From contig JBNJFB010000001.1 in the NCBI GenBank assembly GCA_051746405.1, positions 32,001-96,000 on the forward strand: a stretch of DNA of 64,000 nucleotides, in the 5' to 3' direction. The position numbers and the translations under genes were made by a program. The stretch is from Campylobacterota bacterium (lineage in GTDB: Bacteria > Campylobacterota > Campylobacteria > Campylobacterales > Arcobacteraceae). The notes under the pieces were generated by a model. That model did no database searches. It was given only the letters and a program-made list of their open reading frames with translations, and was not told where the DNA came from. Numbering within the stretch: the stretch's first letter is position 1; each line of letters begins with the position of its first letter. Below are positions 30,079 to 40,545 of the stretch, one piece after another.

Positions 30079-32298
30079 TTATCTACTTGCACCTAGTATA
30101 TTAAACTGTTTTAAAGTCTCTAAATCTTCCTCATCTTGTACATTTTCTGCAAAGACTTTTATATTTAACAGTGAAGATAATTCAGAAATAGACTCCACAA
30201 AACTTTGCTTTGATTTCTCATTTGAGATATTTGTTGTATAGCTTCTAGCAAGTCTTATATAATCTAAATTAAAATCTTTGATATTATCTAGTGGGATAAA
30301 TTTTGTTTCAAATCTTTTAATAATCACTTTTGCACCAAATTTGTGTATCTCATCTGTAAAAAACTTAAGCTTTTGTACATCTTTTGCTGCAGCATAAGCA
30401 GTAATTGAGAATACTAAAAGAGAGCTTATCTCTTTGTATTTTGTAAGAGTCTCTTCAATCCATGAAATAAAGCCTGTGTCATTAATTGATTCAGGTGATA
30501 GGTTTATAGATATTTCATGTTTTATGCTATTTATTAATATATGTTCAATCACCTTTTTAATCACTTTTTTGTCAAACTGTGTGATTTTATCATACCGCTC
30601 TGCAATTGAGACAAATGTTCCAATTGGAATATCATTTTTATCTTTATCAACAGCTTTTGCAAATGCTTCTTGCATTATTATATTGCTTTCATTTGTATGT
30701 AAATTTCTTGCATCATTTATATATTTTACTTCAAAGTTTGAGTTTTGAATAATATCAAATACTAAATCTCTCCAAGACTCCATATCCCTTGCTAAATCGT
30801 CATTATCTCTAATAAATGATTCATTTGAGCCTATTAAAGTCGCTTTTTCATAAGCTTCACTTGCAGCTTGAAGCATATTAGGAATTGTTCCTATTTGATT
30901 AAAACCTGTTGCACCTATGTGAGCTATATCTTTTTTGTTATATTTAACAGCTAATCCATCAAGCTCTTTTTTTAGAAGTTTTGTATACTTAATAGCATCA
31001 TCATAGTTAAATTTCTTAGCAATACATGCAAATTTTGAACCAAAAAATCTATATATTTGGGTGTTTTTATTCTCTAGTTTTACGCTTTTTAATGTTCTTA
31101 CAAAATCTTTTATAAACTCATTTATCTCTTGATTTGTATGTGTCTTTGCAAAATTTGCTAAATCAAATATATTTATAACAAAAATATAACCTGTATCTTT
31201 ATTGATAAACATATTTTTTATATCTGTTTCAAAGCTCTGTTTTTGTTGTAAACCTGTTAATTCATCCTTTGATAATCTATTTGTAATATTTTCTAGGTTT
31301 TTATTTAGTTTATTTATTACAGACTCAATTTTTACTGACATATCATTCATTGAGATTGCTACACTTCTAATCTCAGTTGTCCATGGAAGTTTTTTAATAG
31401 TATCAAACTTTCCTGATGAGATTGTATTAGCTAATTTTTCAATCTTTTTTAAAGGTTTAAGTATATATTGAACAAATACAAATAGAATCATCATAGAGAT
31501 TAAAAATGCAACAAATGCATATAAAACAGCCCCTTTAGCTTGCTCATAAAGTTTAGCATAAGCTTCACCTGCATTTGCACTAACATAAACAGTAGCTGTT
31601 GTTTCCCAGCCACTTGAGATTTCACTTTTTTGCTCTTGTAAATTTATGGTAACTAGTTTAATAAACCATGATGGTACATAATCAAACTTCTCTTTTCTGT
31701 GTACTTTTGCTATTATTTTATTTATATTTAGATTTGCAAATGTATCAATAACTTGATTTTTTTCATTTTCTACTGTGAAGTTAAATGAAACACTATCATT
31801 TTCTTTGAAGTTTTTATTTGGTTTGAATATATATGTGGCTGTATCTTCATATAAAAGATTTTGTGTATTTTCTGTAAACTCTTCATTTAAGCTATCTAGC
31901 TGTTGGGATAGTTCTAAGTCTGTTGTTTGTTTCTCTATAGTTCCTAAGTCATTAGCCACATCTATATTTGTAATAGTCCAGTTTTGAGTGTGAATATCTG
32001 ATGATGCATTTAAAAGTTGTGCTTGTTTTATCTCAAATATTGTATTTTCAACTCTTATTTCTTTATAGAAACCTCTGTTGGCTATTGCATTTATAACACC
32101 TCTTACTTCAGCTATATTACCATCTTGTAATAGAGGTTTTAAAGTCATACCCAAAGAGGTAGCTGTATCTTGAGCTTTTGTTATTGACTCTGTTTCTAAG
32201 TACTCTTTTGTATTGTTTACACTAATTATAAAGTTCCCTGCAAATATCATAAAAAATATAAATGCAATGATTATATAAAGTTGTTTAGATAAAGACAT
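30079..32298 (-). CDS. lapD: LapD-like c-di-GMP receptor (LapD/MoxY N-domain, HAMP, degenerate GGDEF and EAL)
   Basis: AQDTATSLG N-terminal motif, VPSWF, DELTGL, RFFGSKF in place of GGDEF, EAF in place of EAL; downstream of lapG. Confidence 0.8.
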   Translation of the reverse strand: MSLSKQLYIIIAFIFFMIFAGNFIISVNNTKEYLETESITKAQDTATSLGMTLKPLLQDGNIAEVRGVINAIANRGFYKEIRVENTIFEIKQAQLLNASSDIHTQNWTITNIDVANDLGTIEKQTTDLELSQQLDSLNEEFTENTQNLLYEDTATYIFKPNKNFKENDSVSFNFTVENEKNQVIDTFANLNINKIIAKVHRKEKFDYVPSWFIKLVTINLQEQKSEISSGWETTATVYVSANAGEAYAKLYEQAKGAVLYAFVAFLISMMILFVFVQYILKPLKKIEKLANTISSGKFDTIKKLPWTTEIRSVAISMNDMSVKIESVINKLNKNLENITNRLSKDELTGLQQKQSFETDIKNMFINKDTGYIFVINIFDLANFAKTHTNQEINEFIKDFVRTLKSVKLENKNTQIYRFFGSKFACIAKKFNYDDAIKYTKLLKKELDGLAVKYNKKDIAHIGATGFNQIGTIPNMLQAASEAYEKATLIGSNESFIRDNDDLARDMESWRDLVFDIIQNSNFEVKYINDARNLHTNESNIIMQEAFAKAVDKDKNDIPIGTFVSIAERYDKITQFDKKVIKKVIEHILINSIKHEISINLSPESINDTGFISWIEETLTKYKEISSLLVFSITAYAAAKDVQKLKFFTDEIHKFGAKVIIKRFETKFIPLDNIKDFNLDYIRLARSYTTNISNEKSKQSFVESISELSSLLNIKVFAENVQDEEDLETLKQFNILGASR

Positions 32299-32308
32299 TT
32301 TTTTTCCT

Positions 32309-32959
32309 TTAAATTCTACTCATTAGATTTTTCCAAGCTTTTAGATTATTTTCTCCAACTTTTACTGAACCTTTGTTTTTTGCTTGCCACAGTCCACTTG
32401 CATTAAAACTGTAAATTGGTTTTAAGTCATCTCTTTTGTTTGCTAAAACTAATCTTTTATTAATATTATCTAATACAATGGGAGTTGTACCTGGTTTATG
32501 AAAATATGTTAATACCATATGAGCCTGGTCATATTTACTATTTGCTTTTTGATAAGTAACATAGGTAATTCTTAGTTTGTTTTCAGGGACTCCTAGTTTT
32601 CTTAAGCTAAAATATTTTGCAATTGCATAATCTTCACAATCACCTGCATTAGTACCCATAAACTCAAAAGGTGTAGCCCAGTAGTCATTTTTTTTCCAGT
32701 GTACTGAGTCTCTTTTATAGGTTAGTTTATTAAAAAAATCATTTACATTCTTAAGTTTATATAGAATCTTTTTATTTTGCGTTTCTTGAAGCATTTTATC
32801 CCATAGTATAACTCTTTTTTTAGCATTTTTACCATATTTTTTCTCTATTTGGGATAGTTTTTTATTTGTTATAAAAGATGTATTTGTAGCACTTGAGTTA
32901 ATATATAAAATCAAGAAGATGCATAGAAAAGATTGTAAAACTATTTTCTTCAAATCCAT
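32309..32959 (-). CDS. lapG: LapG-like transglutaminase-like cysteine peptidase (C93)
   Basis: DYWATPFEF, GDCEDYAIAKY, AHMVL, VLDN. Confidence 0.88.
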   Translation of the reverse strand: MDLKKIVLQSFLCIFLILYINSSATNTSFITNKKLSQIEKKYGKNAKKRVILWDKMLQETQNKKILYKLKNVNDFFNKLTYKRDSVHWKKNDYWATPFEFMGTNAGDCEDYAIAKYFSLRKLGVPENKLRITYVTYQKANSKYDQAHMVLTYFHKPGTTPIVLDNINKRLVLANKRDDLKPIYSFNASGLWQAKNKGSVKVGENNLKAWKNLMSRI

Positions 32960-32998
32960 CTCCTTGATTATTTATGTTAAATATATTCTATTTACTAT

Positions 32999-34309
32999 TT
33001 ACTTTAGAAGCTCTTTTATTTTCTGCTCACTTATAAGCTCTTGGTCATATTTAACTGCAATAACACCCTCTGTGTTATTTATATACCACTCATCAATAGA
33101 GTTTTCATCTAAACTTGATGTTTTACTCTTATCATAATCACTTAAAGCTAAATAAACAAACTTTTTCTTAGCAGGGTTTGGCATAGTAAGAATTAATATT
33201 GCCCAAATTGCACAAATAATAGCAATTGTAATTACTAATGTACTTAAAGTAACACTCTCAAAGAAAATACCACCAAGTAAACCTCCTAAAAAGGTTCCTA
33301 AGTAACCAAATGAGTTAAAAATACCAAGCACTAAACCTCTTTGGTGAACTTTTGCAAACTTTGTAGCAAGTGATTGCATAATAGGCTCATGCATATTAAA
33401 ACCAACAAAAAATATTACAACTCCTACCATAAAAGCAATGGCACTAGAACTAAGTCCAATAATTAAGTATGAAATAGCAAAAAATACAATTCCAATAATT
33501 AAAATCTCTTTGAACTTACCTTTTTTCTCTGCAATAATAGCAGCAGGAGCCATTGCTAAAAATCCAAAAATCATAGCAGGTAAGTAAACCTTCCACAACT
33601 CACTCATAGTCCATTCAAAACTATTAATTAATACCATTGGAATAATCATAAAAGCAAAAGTCATTAAACCTTTTTGTAAAAAGTTTGTTATATTCATCTT
33701 AATAAGATTTTGATTTTTCAAAATAGTTGAGAGTTTTGCTTTTTTATTGTAAGTATGTGTAATACTAGGAGGATTTGGAACTAATTTTACTAAAATCACA
33801 ATAGAAATTAGTGCTATAACTAAAGTAATATAAAATAAAACTTCAACTCCAAATGCAGCACCAATAGTAGGTCCAGCTAGCATTGAAACAGCAAAAGATA
33901 CACCTATAAACATGCCCATAGTAGCCATTGCTTTTGGTCTTTGCTCCTCTTTTACTAAGTCACTTATCATTGCAGTTACAACAGCACCAATTGCACCTGC
34001 ACCTTGTAGAAATCTTCCAAGCATTAAAGCCAAAATATCATTTGCTAGGGCACATATTAAAGAACCAATTGCAAATATTAAAAGCCCCATAATAATAGTG
34101 CCTTTTCTTCCTAACTTATCACTTATAATACCAAATGGTACTTGAAATATCATTTGAGTAAGAGCGTATCCACCTATTACAACACCCACTAAAGTAGTTG
34201 TTGCCCCTTCTAAATTTATAGCATATACTGATAATACTGGTAAAACTAAAAATAGACCTAAAAATCTTAGTGCAATAATTGAACTAAGAGGTAACACTGA
34301 TTTAATCAT
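32999..34309 (-). CDS. MFS transporter (YajR-like)
   Basis: About 12 TM helices, motif A SDKLGRK, GRFLQGAGA. Confidence 0.88.
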   Translation of the reverse strand: MIKSVLPLSSIIALRFLGLFLVLPVLSVYAINLEGATTTLVGVVIGGYALTQMIFQVPFGIISDKLGRKGTIIMGLLIFAIGSLICALANDILALMLGRFLQGAGAIGAVVTAMISDLVKEEQRPKAMATMGMFIGVSFAVSMLAGPTIGAAFGVEVLFYITLVIALISIVILVKLVPNPPSITHTYNKKAKLSTILKNQNLIKMNITNFLQKGLMTFAFMIIPMVLINSFEWTMSELWKVYLPAMIFGFLAMAPAAIIAEKKGKFKEILIIGIVFFAISYLIIGLSSSAIAFMVGVVIFFVGFNMHEPIMQSLATKFAKVHQRGLVLGIFNSFGYLGTFLGGLLGGIFFESVTLSTLVITIAIICAIWAILILTMPNPAKKKFVYLALSDYDKSKTSSLDENSIDEWYINNTEGVIAVKYDQELISEQKIKELLK

Positions 34310-34385
34310 TTGTAATCCTAAATATAATATAATTTATTGCGATTATATATGATTAATCCTTAATACTTTGTTCAAAGGAAAAATA

Positions 34386-34988
34386 GTGAAAATAGTTTTA
34401 GCTTCAGGAAATAAAGGAAAAATAAAAGAGTTCGAAAAACTTCTACCACATGATGAGGTTATAGCTTTTAAAGAGATATTAGGAGCTTTAGAGATACAAG
34501 AAGATAAAGATACCTTTAAAGGAAATGCAATAAAAAAGGCACAAGTTATCTATGAAAAGCTTGTAAATAAAGGCTACAAAAACCACTTAGTTATCTCTGA
34601 TGATTCAGGAATTACAGTAAAGGCTTTAGGTAATGAACCTGGAGTTTATTCAGCAAGATATGCAGGTGAAAATGCAACCGATAAAGATAATAATGAAAAG
34701 ATGATAGAGAGGCTAAATGAGAAAAATATTAAAAGAACCTCTGCTTATTACACAGCATGTATAGCTATTGTTTTCCAAGGTGAAGTTTATACAGTACATG
34801 GATGGATGCATGGAGATGTAATTAATGAACAAAGAGGAGATAATGGCTTTGGTTATGACCCAATGTTTATACCAAAAGGTTTTGATAAAACCTTAGGTGA
34901 GTTACCCCATGAAGTAAAAAAAGAGTTTTCACATAGAAATAGGGCTTTAAAGTTAGCAAAAAAAGTTTTAGATGTTATTCTAAAATAA
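34386..34988 (+). CDS. rdgB: Non-canonical purine NTP pyrophosphatase (HAM1/RdgB)
   Basis: [33 protein letters not shown] start follows AAAGGA. Confidence 0.93.
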   Translation: MKIVLASGNKGKIKEFEKLLPHDEVIAFKEILGALEIQEDKDTFKGNAIKKAQVIYEKLVNKGYKNHLVISDDSGITVKALGNEPGVYSARYAGENATDKDNNEKMIERLNEKNIKRTSAYYTACIAIVFQGEVYTVHGWMHGDVINEQRGDNGFGYDPMFIPKGFDKTLGELPHEVKKEFSHRNRALKLAKKVLDVILK

Positions 34989-35313
34989 AACTATCATGTA
35001 AACTTACGTTGTGGTTTTTTGATTTTATAAAAATATCTACTAAAAATTTGGAGTCTTTTTTATTTAAAAAGGCTTCAATATTAAAAAAACTATCATCAAG
35101 TGTTATCTTTTCTACAGTTTCAAGTTTACTTTTTTTTAGGGTTTTAATATAGCTTTTCAAAAAATCTTTGTGATTTTTAGCTTGAATATATAGATATTTT
35201 AACTCTAAAGTTTTATTGCTAAAAGCTTTGGTTTGCAAAATATTTATACTCAAAAAAGAAAAAATTGAGACTAAAAGAAGAGTAATCATAAGAGAAAATG
35301 CTTTTTTATTCAA
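34975..35313 (-). CDS. Pseudopilin-like protein lacking Glu+5 (GspK/PilX-like)
   Basis: [12 protein letters not shown] type-IV prepilin-like N-terminus; TTG start follows GGAG. Confidence 0.6.
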   Translation of the reverse strand: MNKKAFSLMITLLLVSIFSFLSINILQTKAFSNKTLELKYLYIQAKNHKDFLKSYIKTLKKSKLETVEKITLDDSFFNIEAFLNKKDSKFLVDIFIKSKNHNVSLHDSFILE

Positions 35314-35656
35314 TTTTAAAACTCCAATCTTGAGATATTTTGTCATTGATTTTTATAGAAATATTTAAAATATTACTATTTATATTTATACTAAAGCTAC
35401 TTATATTTTTTAAAAGTAAGTTATTATCAAAGTATAGACTACTATTTTTATATGAGAGTCTATTTTGAATATTTAGTTTTTTCTCTAAAAAGAGTTTTGT
35501 TGATAAAAGTTCAAGCTTTTGTATCTGTGTTTGTTGCTTGTTGAAGTTCAAAAAGTGCAACTCTTTTATAAAAGTTGCTGAATAGACTATTATGATTGAA
35601 GATATAAATAGTGCTACTAATAGCTCTAATATAGAAAAACTATTTTTCATACTCAT
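35306..35656 (-). CDS. Prepilin-type N-terminal cleavage domain protein
   Basis: KNS|FSILELLVAL with Glu+5. Confidence 0.7.
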   Translation of the reverse strand: MSMKNSFSILELLVALFISSIIIVYSATFIKELHFLNFNKQQTQIQKLELLSTKLFLEKKLNIQNRLSYKNSSLYFDNNLLLKNISSFSININSNILNISIKINDKISQDWSFKIE

Positions 35657-35936
35657 ATTTGTATAGCTTTATTTTTGAAGAGTTATATTCATATTTTTTT
35701 ACTTTTACTGTTTCTACTGTAGAGTCATTAAAAGTTAAGTTTAGGTTTTTATTTTTTGAATCAAAAGTTTTGTAGCTACTTGTAGTAAAACTATTTTCTA
35801 AACTATTTAAGTCTTGAAACTTCTCATCACTCTTAGTATCAAAAGTGACTTTTAAAAAGCCAGTTGTAATGATACTAAGAATAGTTAGACTTAATATAGT
35901 TTCAAAAATTGAAAAACTATTTTTTTCCAAGCTCAC
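35640..35936 (-). CDS. Prepilin-type N-terminal cleavage domain protein
   Basis: KNS|FSIFETILSL with Glu+5; overlaps the end of proC. Confidence 0.65.
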   Translation of the reverse strand: MSLEKNSFSIFETILSLTILSIITTGFLKVTFDTKSDEKFQDLNSLENSFTTSSYKTFDSKNKNLNLTFNDSTVETVKVKKYEYNSSKIKLYKYEYEK

Positions 35937-36681
35937 AAGCTTTGCTATATGATTGATTAATTGCTTTAATAAAGCTATCTCTTACTTTACCCTCTTCAAG
36001 TTTAGCAAACCCAGCTGCAGTTGTACCACCTGGACTCATAACTGAGTCTTTTATAATTGCAGGGTGTGCTGTTTTTAGTAAGTGAGATGTCCCCTCAAAT
36101 AGACCTTGGACTAGCTCATTACATATTCTTCTTTCAAGTCCAGCTGCAACTCCACCATCACTGATACTTTCTGCAACAAGTGCTAAAAATGCAGGTCCTG
36201 AACCTGCTATTGCTGAAGCAATATCAAGCTGTTTTTCAGTATTTACCCAAATTGATTTACCAATTGATGCAAAAATCTCTAAAGCAGAGTTTTTAGCTTC
36301 CTTATCACCTGTTATTGTTGTAGTTGAGTGTTGAACTGATGCTGCGATATTTGGCATAGTTCTTACATAAAGTCTAGCTTCAATCTGCTTTTTTAAAGAG
36401 TCTAAGGTAGTACCTGCTAAAACAGAAAATAGCATATTAGCTTTTCCTGTAAGTCTTGCTGATACACTGTGTAAAGCATAAGGTTTTACACAAAAAATTA
36501 CATTTTTATTTGTAATATTTTCACTGTCTTCTAACTCTTTGATACTAATTTTAGGAATATTTTCTTGAATCTCTTTTAATTTATTAATATCTCTTCCAAT
36601 TATTTCTACTTCGTGATTATTTACTAAACCTTTTGCTAAAGATTGTGCCATAATCCCATTACCTATTAAAGTTAGTCTCAT
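35917..36681 (-). CDS. proC: Pyrroline-5-carboxylate reductase
   Basis: IGNGIMA, CVKP, RTMPN, GSGPAF, VMSPGGTT. Confidence 0.95.
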   Translation of the reverse strand: MRLTLIGNGIMAQSLAKGLVNNHEVEIIGRDINKLKEIQENIPKISIKELEDSENITNKNVIFCVKPYALHSVSARLTGKANMLFSVLAGTTLDSLKKQIEARLYVRTMPNIAASVQHSTTTITGDKEAKNSALEIFASIGKSIWVNTEKQLDIASAIAGSGPAFLALVAESISDGGVAAGLERRICNELVQGLFEGTSHLLKTAHPAIIKDSVMSPGGTTAAGFAKLEEGKVRDSFIKAINQSYSKACELGKK

Positions 36682-36771
36682 TTTAAACCTTTTTTATTAT
36701 TTTTATTATTATAGCAGATAAAACATAAGCTAGTATTAGTTAAAATACCAATTTAAAGAAAGGATTATAAT

Positions 36772-37431
36772 ATGACAAGAAGCTTTAATGTAAGAACTTT
36801 TTTATTAGCACTAAGCATTGTATTTGTTTTTGCAGCGTGTTCAAGTAAAGATGAAATCTCTACAGAATACAACAAGCCAGCTATATACTGGTATAACAAG
36901 ATGATAGATCAAATATCATTTGGTGATATTGATTTAGCTGATGACACTTATACATCTTTAGAGAGTGAACATAGAAATTCACCTTTAATCCCAACAGCTA
37001 TTTTGATTTTGGTAAATGCACATATTGATGCAGAAGAGTATGCTTTAGCAAATTTTTATTTAGATGAATATATAAAGAGATTTACATTAAGTAAAAATAT
37101 TGATTATGCTAGATACTTGAAAATTAAAGCTAATTTTCTAGGGTTTGCTTATCAAAATAGAGATCAAAAACTCTTAGAAGAGACTATTAAAGATATAAAA
37201 GAGTTCAAAATGAGATATAGTTCATCTGCATATATCCCATTAGTTGATACAATGAATGCAAGGCTACATATGGCTAAAGCACTTTTAGATGAAGAGATTG
37301 CAAAACTGTATGAGAAAAAAGGCAAAGAAAAAGCAGCACAAATATATAGACAAAGAGTAAAAGACTCTTGGGTTAACCCAGAAAATATAGTACCTGTTGA
37401 GGTACCATTTTATAGAGCAATTTTTGAATAA
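36772..37431 (+). CDS. bamD: Outer membrane protein assembly factor BamD
   Basis: Lipobox FAAC, TPR-like helices, position directly upstream of lon. Confidence 0.8.
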   Translation: MTRSFNVRTFLLALSIVFVFAACSSKDEISTEYNKPAIYWYNKMIDQISFGDIDLADDTYTSLESEHRNSPLIPTAILILVNAHIDAEEYALANFYLDEYIKRFTLSKNIDYARYLKIKANFLGFAYQNRDQKLLEETIKDIKEFKMRYSSSAYIPLVDTMNARLHMAKALLDEEIAKLYEKKGKEKAAQIYRQRVKDSWVNPENIVPVEVPFYRAIFE

Positions 37432-37458
37432 TAGATTTTAGGACATTTAGGAGTAAGT

Positions 37459-39876
37459 ATGGAATTAGAAAATTACGATAATTTCCCACAAGATATACCA
37501 TTAATCATAGAAGATGATGTTTTTTTATACCCTTTTATGATAGCTCCACTTTTTTTACATAGTGATGAGAATATTAGTGCAGTTGAGCAAGCTATTGATG
37601 AAAATAAGCTTGTAATGGTAGCTGTATCAAAGCAGGGCAAAGAGGGTAAAAGAGAAGAAGATAGTTTTTATGATGTTGGTGTTGTAGGAAATATCATGAG
37701 AAAAGTAGCTTTACCTGATGGTAAAATAAAGGTACTTTTTCAAGGACTTACAAAAGGAAAGATTGAAAAGTTTGAATCTTCAAACCCTATTAGATGTGAG
37801 GTGGATATATTACATCCACAAGAGCATAATGAACAAAGTATTAAATCAGTTATTGATGTTTTAATTGAACAAGTTAAAAAACTATCTAAAATAAATCCAA
37901 AGTTTCCAACTGATTTAGTAAAAACAATTGAGGAAAATGATGATGCAACTAGAATTGCTGATTTAATCTCATCTGTTTTAAAAGTTAAAAAAAGTGAAGC
38001 TTATAAGCTGTTTTCACAAACAGATGTTGAAAAAAGGCTTTTAGATATAATTGAGGTAATAAAAAAAGAGATAGAGTCTTTTAAAATTCAAAAAGAGATA
38101 ACTCAAAAAGTTAACTCTAAAATAGAAAAAACTCATAAAGATTACTTTTTAAAAGAGCAGATAAAAGCTATTCAAAATGAGCTTGGAACTGATAATAAAA
38201 AAGATGAAGAGATAAAATCTTATAAAAAAAGATTAAAAAAGCTTAAAAAGCATATGCCAAAAGATGGGTATAAAGAGACTAAAAAACAGATTGAAAAGTT
38301 AAGTAGAATGCACCCAGACTCACCTGATGCTTCACTTTTACAAACCTATATTGAACAGGTTTTAGATGTTCCATTTGGTGATTATGCAGATGAGAAAATA
38401 TCTGTTGAAAATGTTGAAAAACAGTTAAACATAGACCACTACTCCCTTGAGAAACCAAAAGAGAGAATCTCTGAATATTTTGCAGTAAAACAGTTACTTG
38501 AGCAAAGGAATATTGTAAATCAAAAGTCAAATGGAACAGTACTTTGTTTTGTAGGACCTCCAGGTGTTGGTAAAACTTCACTTGCAAACTCAATATCACA
38601 AGCACTTCATAGGCCACTTGTAAGAATAGCACTTGGTGGAATGGAAGATGTAAATGAGCTTAGAGGTCATAGACGAACTTATGTGGGAGCTATGCCAGGA
38701 AGACTTGTAAAGGGATTAATTGATGCAAAGAAAATGAATCCTGTAATGGTTTTAGATGAGATTGATAAAGTAGGGGCAAATCATAGAGGTGATCCATCTG
38801 CTGTTATGTTAGAAGTATTAGACCCTGAACAAAACAATGAGTTTAGGGATTTATACTTAAACTTTGCTATTGATTTATCACAAGTTATATTTGTATCAAC
38901 AGCAAATGATGCTAGAAGAATTCCACCTGCATTAAAAGATAGAATGGAGTTTATTCATATTTCATCATATACTCCAAATGAAAAGTATCATATTGCAAAA
39001 GATTATCTAATACCACAAGAGTTAGAAAAACATGGACTTAAAAAGAGTGAAATATCACTATCTAAAGCAACAATTGATGCAATAATTTCAAAATATACAA
39101 GGGAAGCTGGAGTTAGAAATTTAAGAAGGGTATTTTCTAAACTCTTTAGAAAAGCAGCAAAGAAAATTTTAGTAGAAGAGAAATCACAAAAGGTTTCTAT
39201 TACAACTAAAAACTTAAAATCATACTTAGAAAACCCTGTGTTTGAAATAGACCCAGCTGATAAGAAAAACTACATAGGTATTGCTAATGGCTTAGCTTGG
39301 ACAGCAGTAGGTGGAGATGTTTTAAAAACAGAAGCTATTAAGTTAAGAGGTAAGGGAATGTTATCTGTTACTGGTAATTTAGGTGATGTTATGAAAGAAT
39401 CATCTAGAATCTCTTACTCTGTTGTTAAAGTATTAATTGATGATGGTTTATTAAAAATTGATGAACAGATTATTCCAAAAACTTATAAAGAGAAAGAGGA
39501 AGATACAAAAGTAGATGCTAGTGAAGTTTATAAAAGATATGATATTCACTTACATATTCCAGAAGGAGCTACTCCAAAAGATGGTCCTAGTGCAGGTATT
39601 ACTATGGCATTAACTATTGCATCTATTTTAAGTCAAAGGGAAATAAAATCAGATATAGCAATGACAGGTGAGCTTACACTATCTGGAAAAGTCTTGCCAA
39701 TAGGTGGACTAAAAGAGAAATTAATTGCAGCTCATAAAGCTAAGATGAAAAAAGCACTAATACCTAAGAAAAACTATGAAAGAGACTTAGATGAAATACC
39801 TGATGAGGTTAAAAAATCTTTAGAAATTAAAGCTGTTAATACTATTGAGGATGTATTAAAAGAAGCTTTAGTTTAA
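37459..39876 (+). CDS. lon: Lon protease
   Basis: GPPGVGKTS, GHRRTYVGAMPG, PKDGPSAG, PIGGLKEK. Confidence 0.97.
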   Translation: MELENYDNFPQDIPLIIEDDVFLYPFMIAPLFLHSDENISAVEQAIDENKLVMVAVSKQGKEGKREEDSFYDVGVVGNIMRKVALPDGKIKVLFQGLTKGKIEKFESSNPIRCEVDILHPQEHNEQSIKSVIDVLIEQVKKLSKINPKFPTDLVKTIEENDDATRIADLISSVLKVKKSEAYKLFSQTDVEKRLLDIIEVIKKEIESFKIQKEITQKVNSKIEKTHKDYFLKEQIKAIQNELGTDNKKDEEIKSYKKRLKKLKKHMPKDGYKETKKQIEKLSRMHPDSPDASLLQTYIEQVLDVPFGDYADEKISVENVEKQLNIDHYSLEKPKERISEYFAVKQLLEQRNIVNQKSNGTVLCFVGPPGVGKTSLANSISQALHRPLVRIALGGMEDVNELRGHRRTYVGAMPGRLVKGLIDAKKMNPVMVLDEIDKVGANHRGDPSAVMLEVLDPEQNNEFRDLYLNFAIDLSQVIFVSTANDARRIPPALKDRMEFIHISSYTPNEKYHIAKDYLIPQELEKHGLKKSEISLSKATIDAIISKYTREAGVRNLRRVFSKLFRKAAKKILVEEKSQKVSITTKNLKSYLENPVFEIDPADKKNYIGIANGLAWTAVGGDVLKTEAIKLRGKGMLSVTGNLGDVMKESSRISYSVVKVLIDDGLLKIDEQIIPKTYKEKEEDTKVDASEVYKRYDIHLHIPEGATPKDGPSAGITMALTIASILSQREIKSDIAMTGELTLSGKVLPIGGLKEKLIAAHKAKMKKALIPKKNYERDLDEIPDEVKKSLEIKAVNTIEDVLKEALV

Positions 39877-39891
39877 TAATAAGGTAAACAT

Positions 39892-40482
39892 TTGAGACAG
39901 CAAAAGCAAAGTCAAGTTATAAATAACTTCTTTACTTTTGCTTCTATAGTAATCATATCTATTTCACTTATTTTATACTCAGAGTATATTCTAAAAGATG
40001 AGCCAATACAAATTAAAAAACAAAAGGTTCAACCTCTAGCTTGCCAAAGCGATACTTTAACTAAATATCAAATATATAACCAAGAGTTATTAAATGAATC
40101 ACTAAAAGCTTTGCAAAAAGGCTACTATAAGTTAAATGCAAAAGTTAATAAAGCAGACTCAAACTCTTGGGCTTTCAAAGATTTTATGAGCAAAAAGGAG
40201 CTAAAATCCTACTTTATAATGCAAATAGGTAAAAAGCCCAAAGAGAATATAAAAAAGTATTTGAGTATTGATTATTCAGTAATTGAAAAGTCAAGTAGTG
40301 CTAAGGTTGATTCTATAAAAAGAGGTGAGTTCTACTCAGGTTCATTTTTAGTTACATTTAAAGCAGATGAAAAAAAAATATTTAAGATATTCACTGATTT
40401 TAGATTTTATGAAAAAAGTGAAATAAAATCTAGAGTAGAGTGTATAATAAATGTTTATAAAAACAATGCTAAGAAGTTATAG
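39892..40482 (+). CDS. Hypothetical membrane-anchored protein
   Basis: 196-aa ORF with one N-terminal TM helix and AAGG SD. Confidence 0.7.
   Translation: MRQQKQSQVINNFFTFASIVIISISLILYSEYILKDEPIQIKKQKVQPLACQSDTLTKYQIYNQELLNESLKALQKGYYKLNAKVNKADSNSWAFKDFMSKKELKSYFIMQIGKKPKENIKKYLSIDYSVIEKSSSAKVDSIKRGEFYSGSFLVTFKADEKKIFKIFTDFRFYEKSEIKSRVECIINVYKNNAKKL
40460..40481 (+). repeat. Left copy of the 22-bp direct repeat flanking rpn
   Basis: AAAACAATGCTAAGAAGTTATA, identical to 41432-41453. Confidence 0.92.
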
Positions 40483-40545
40483 TTAACTTTTGCTATTAGA
40501 AGTCTTTATATGATAGAATTAAGTATTTTAAATAAAAGGAATATT

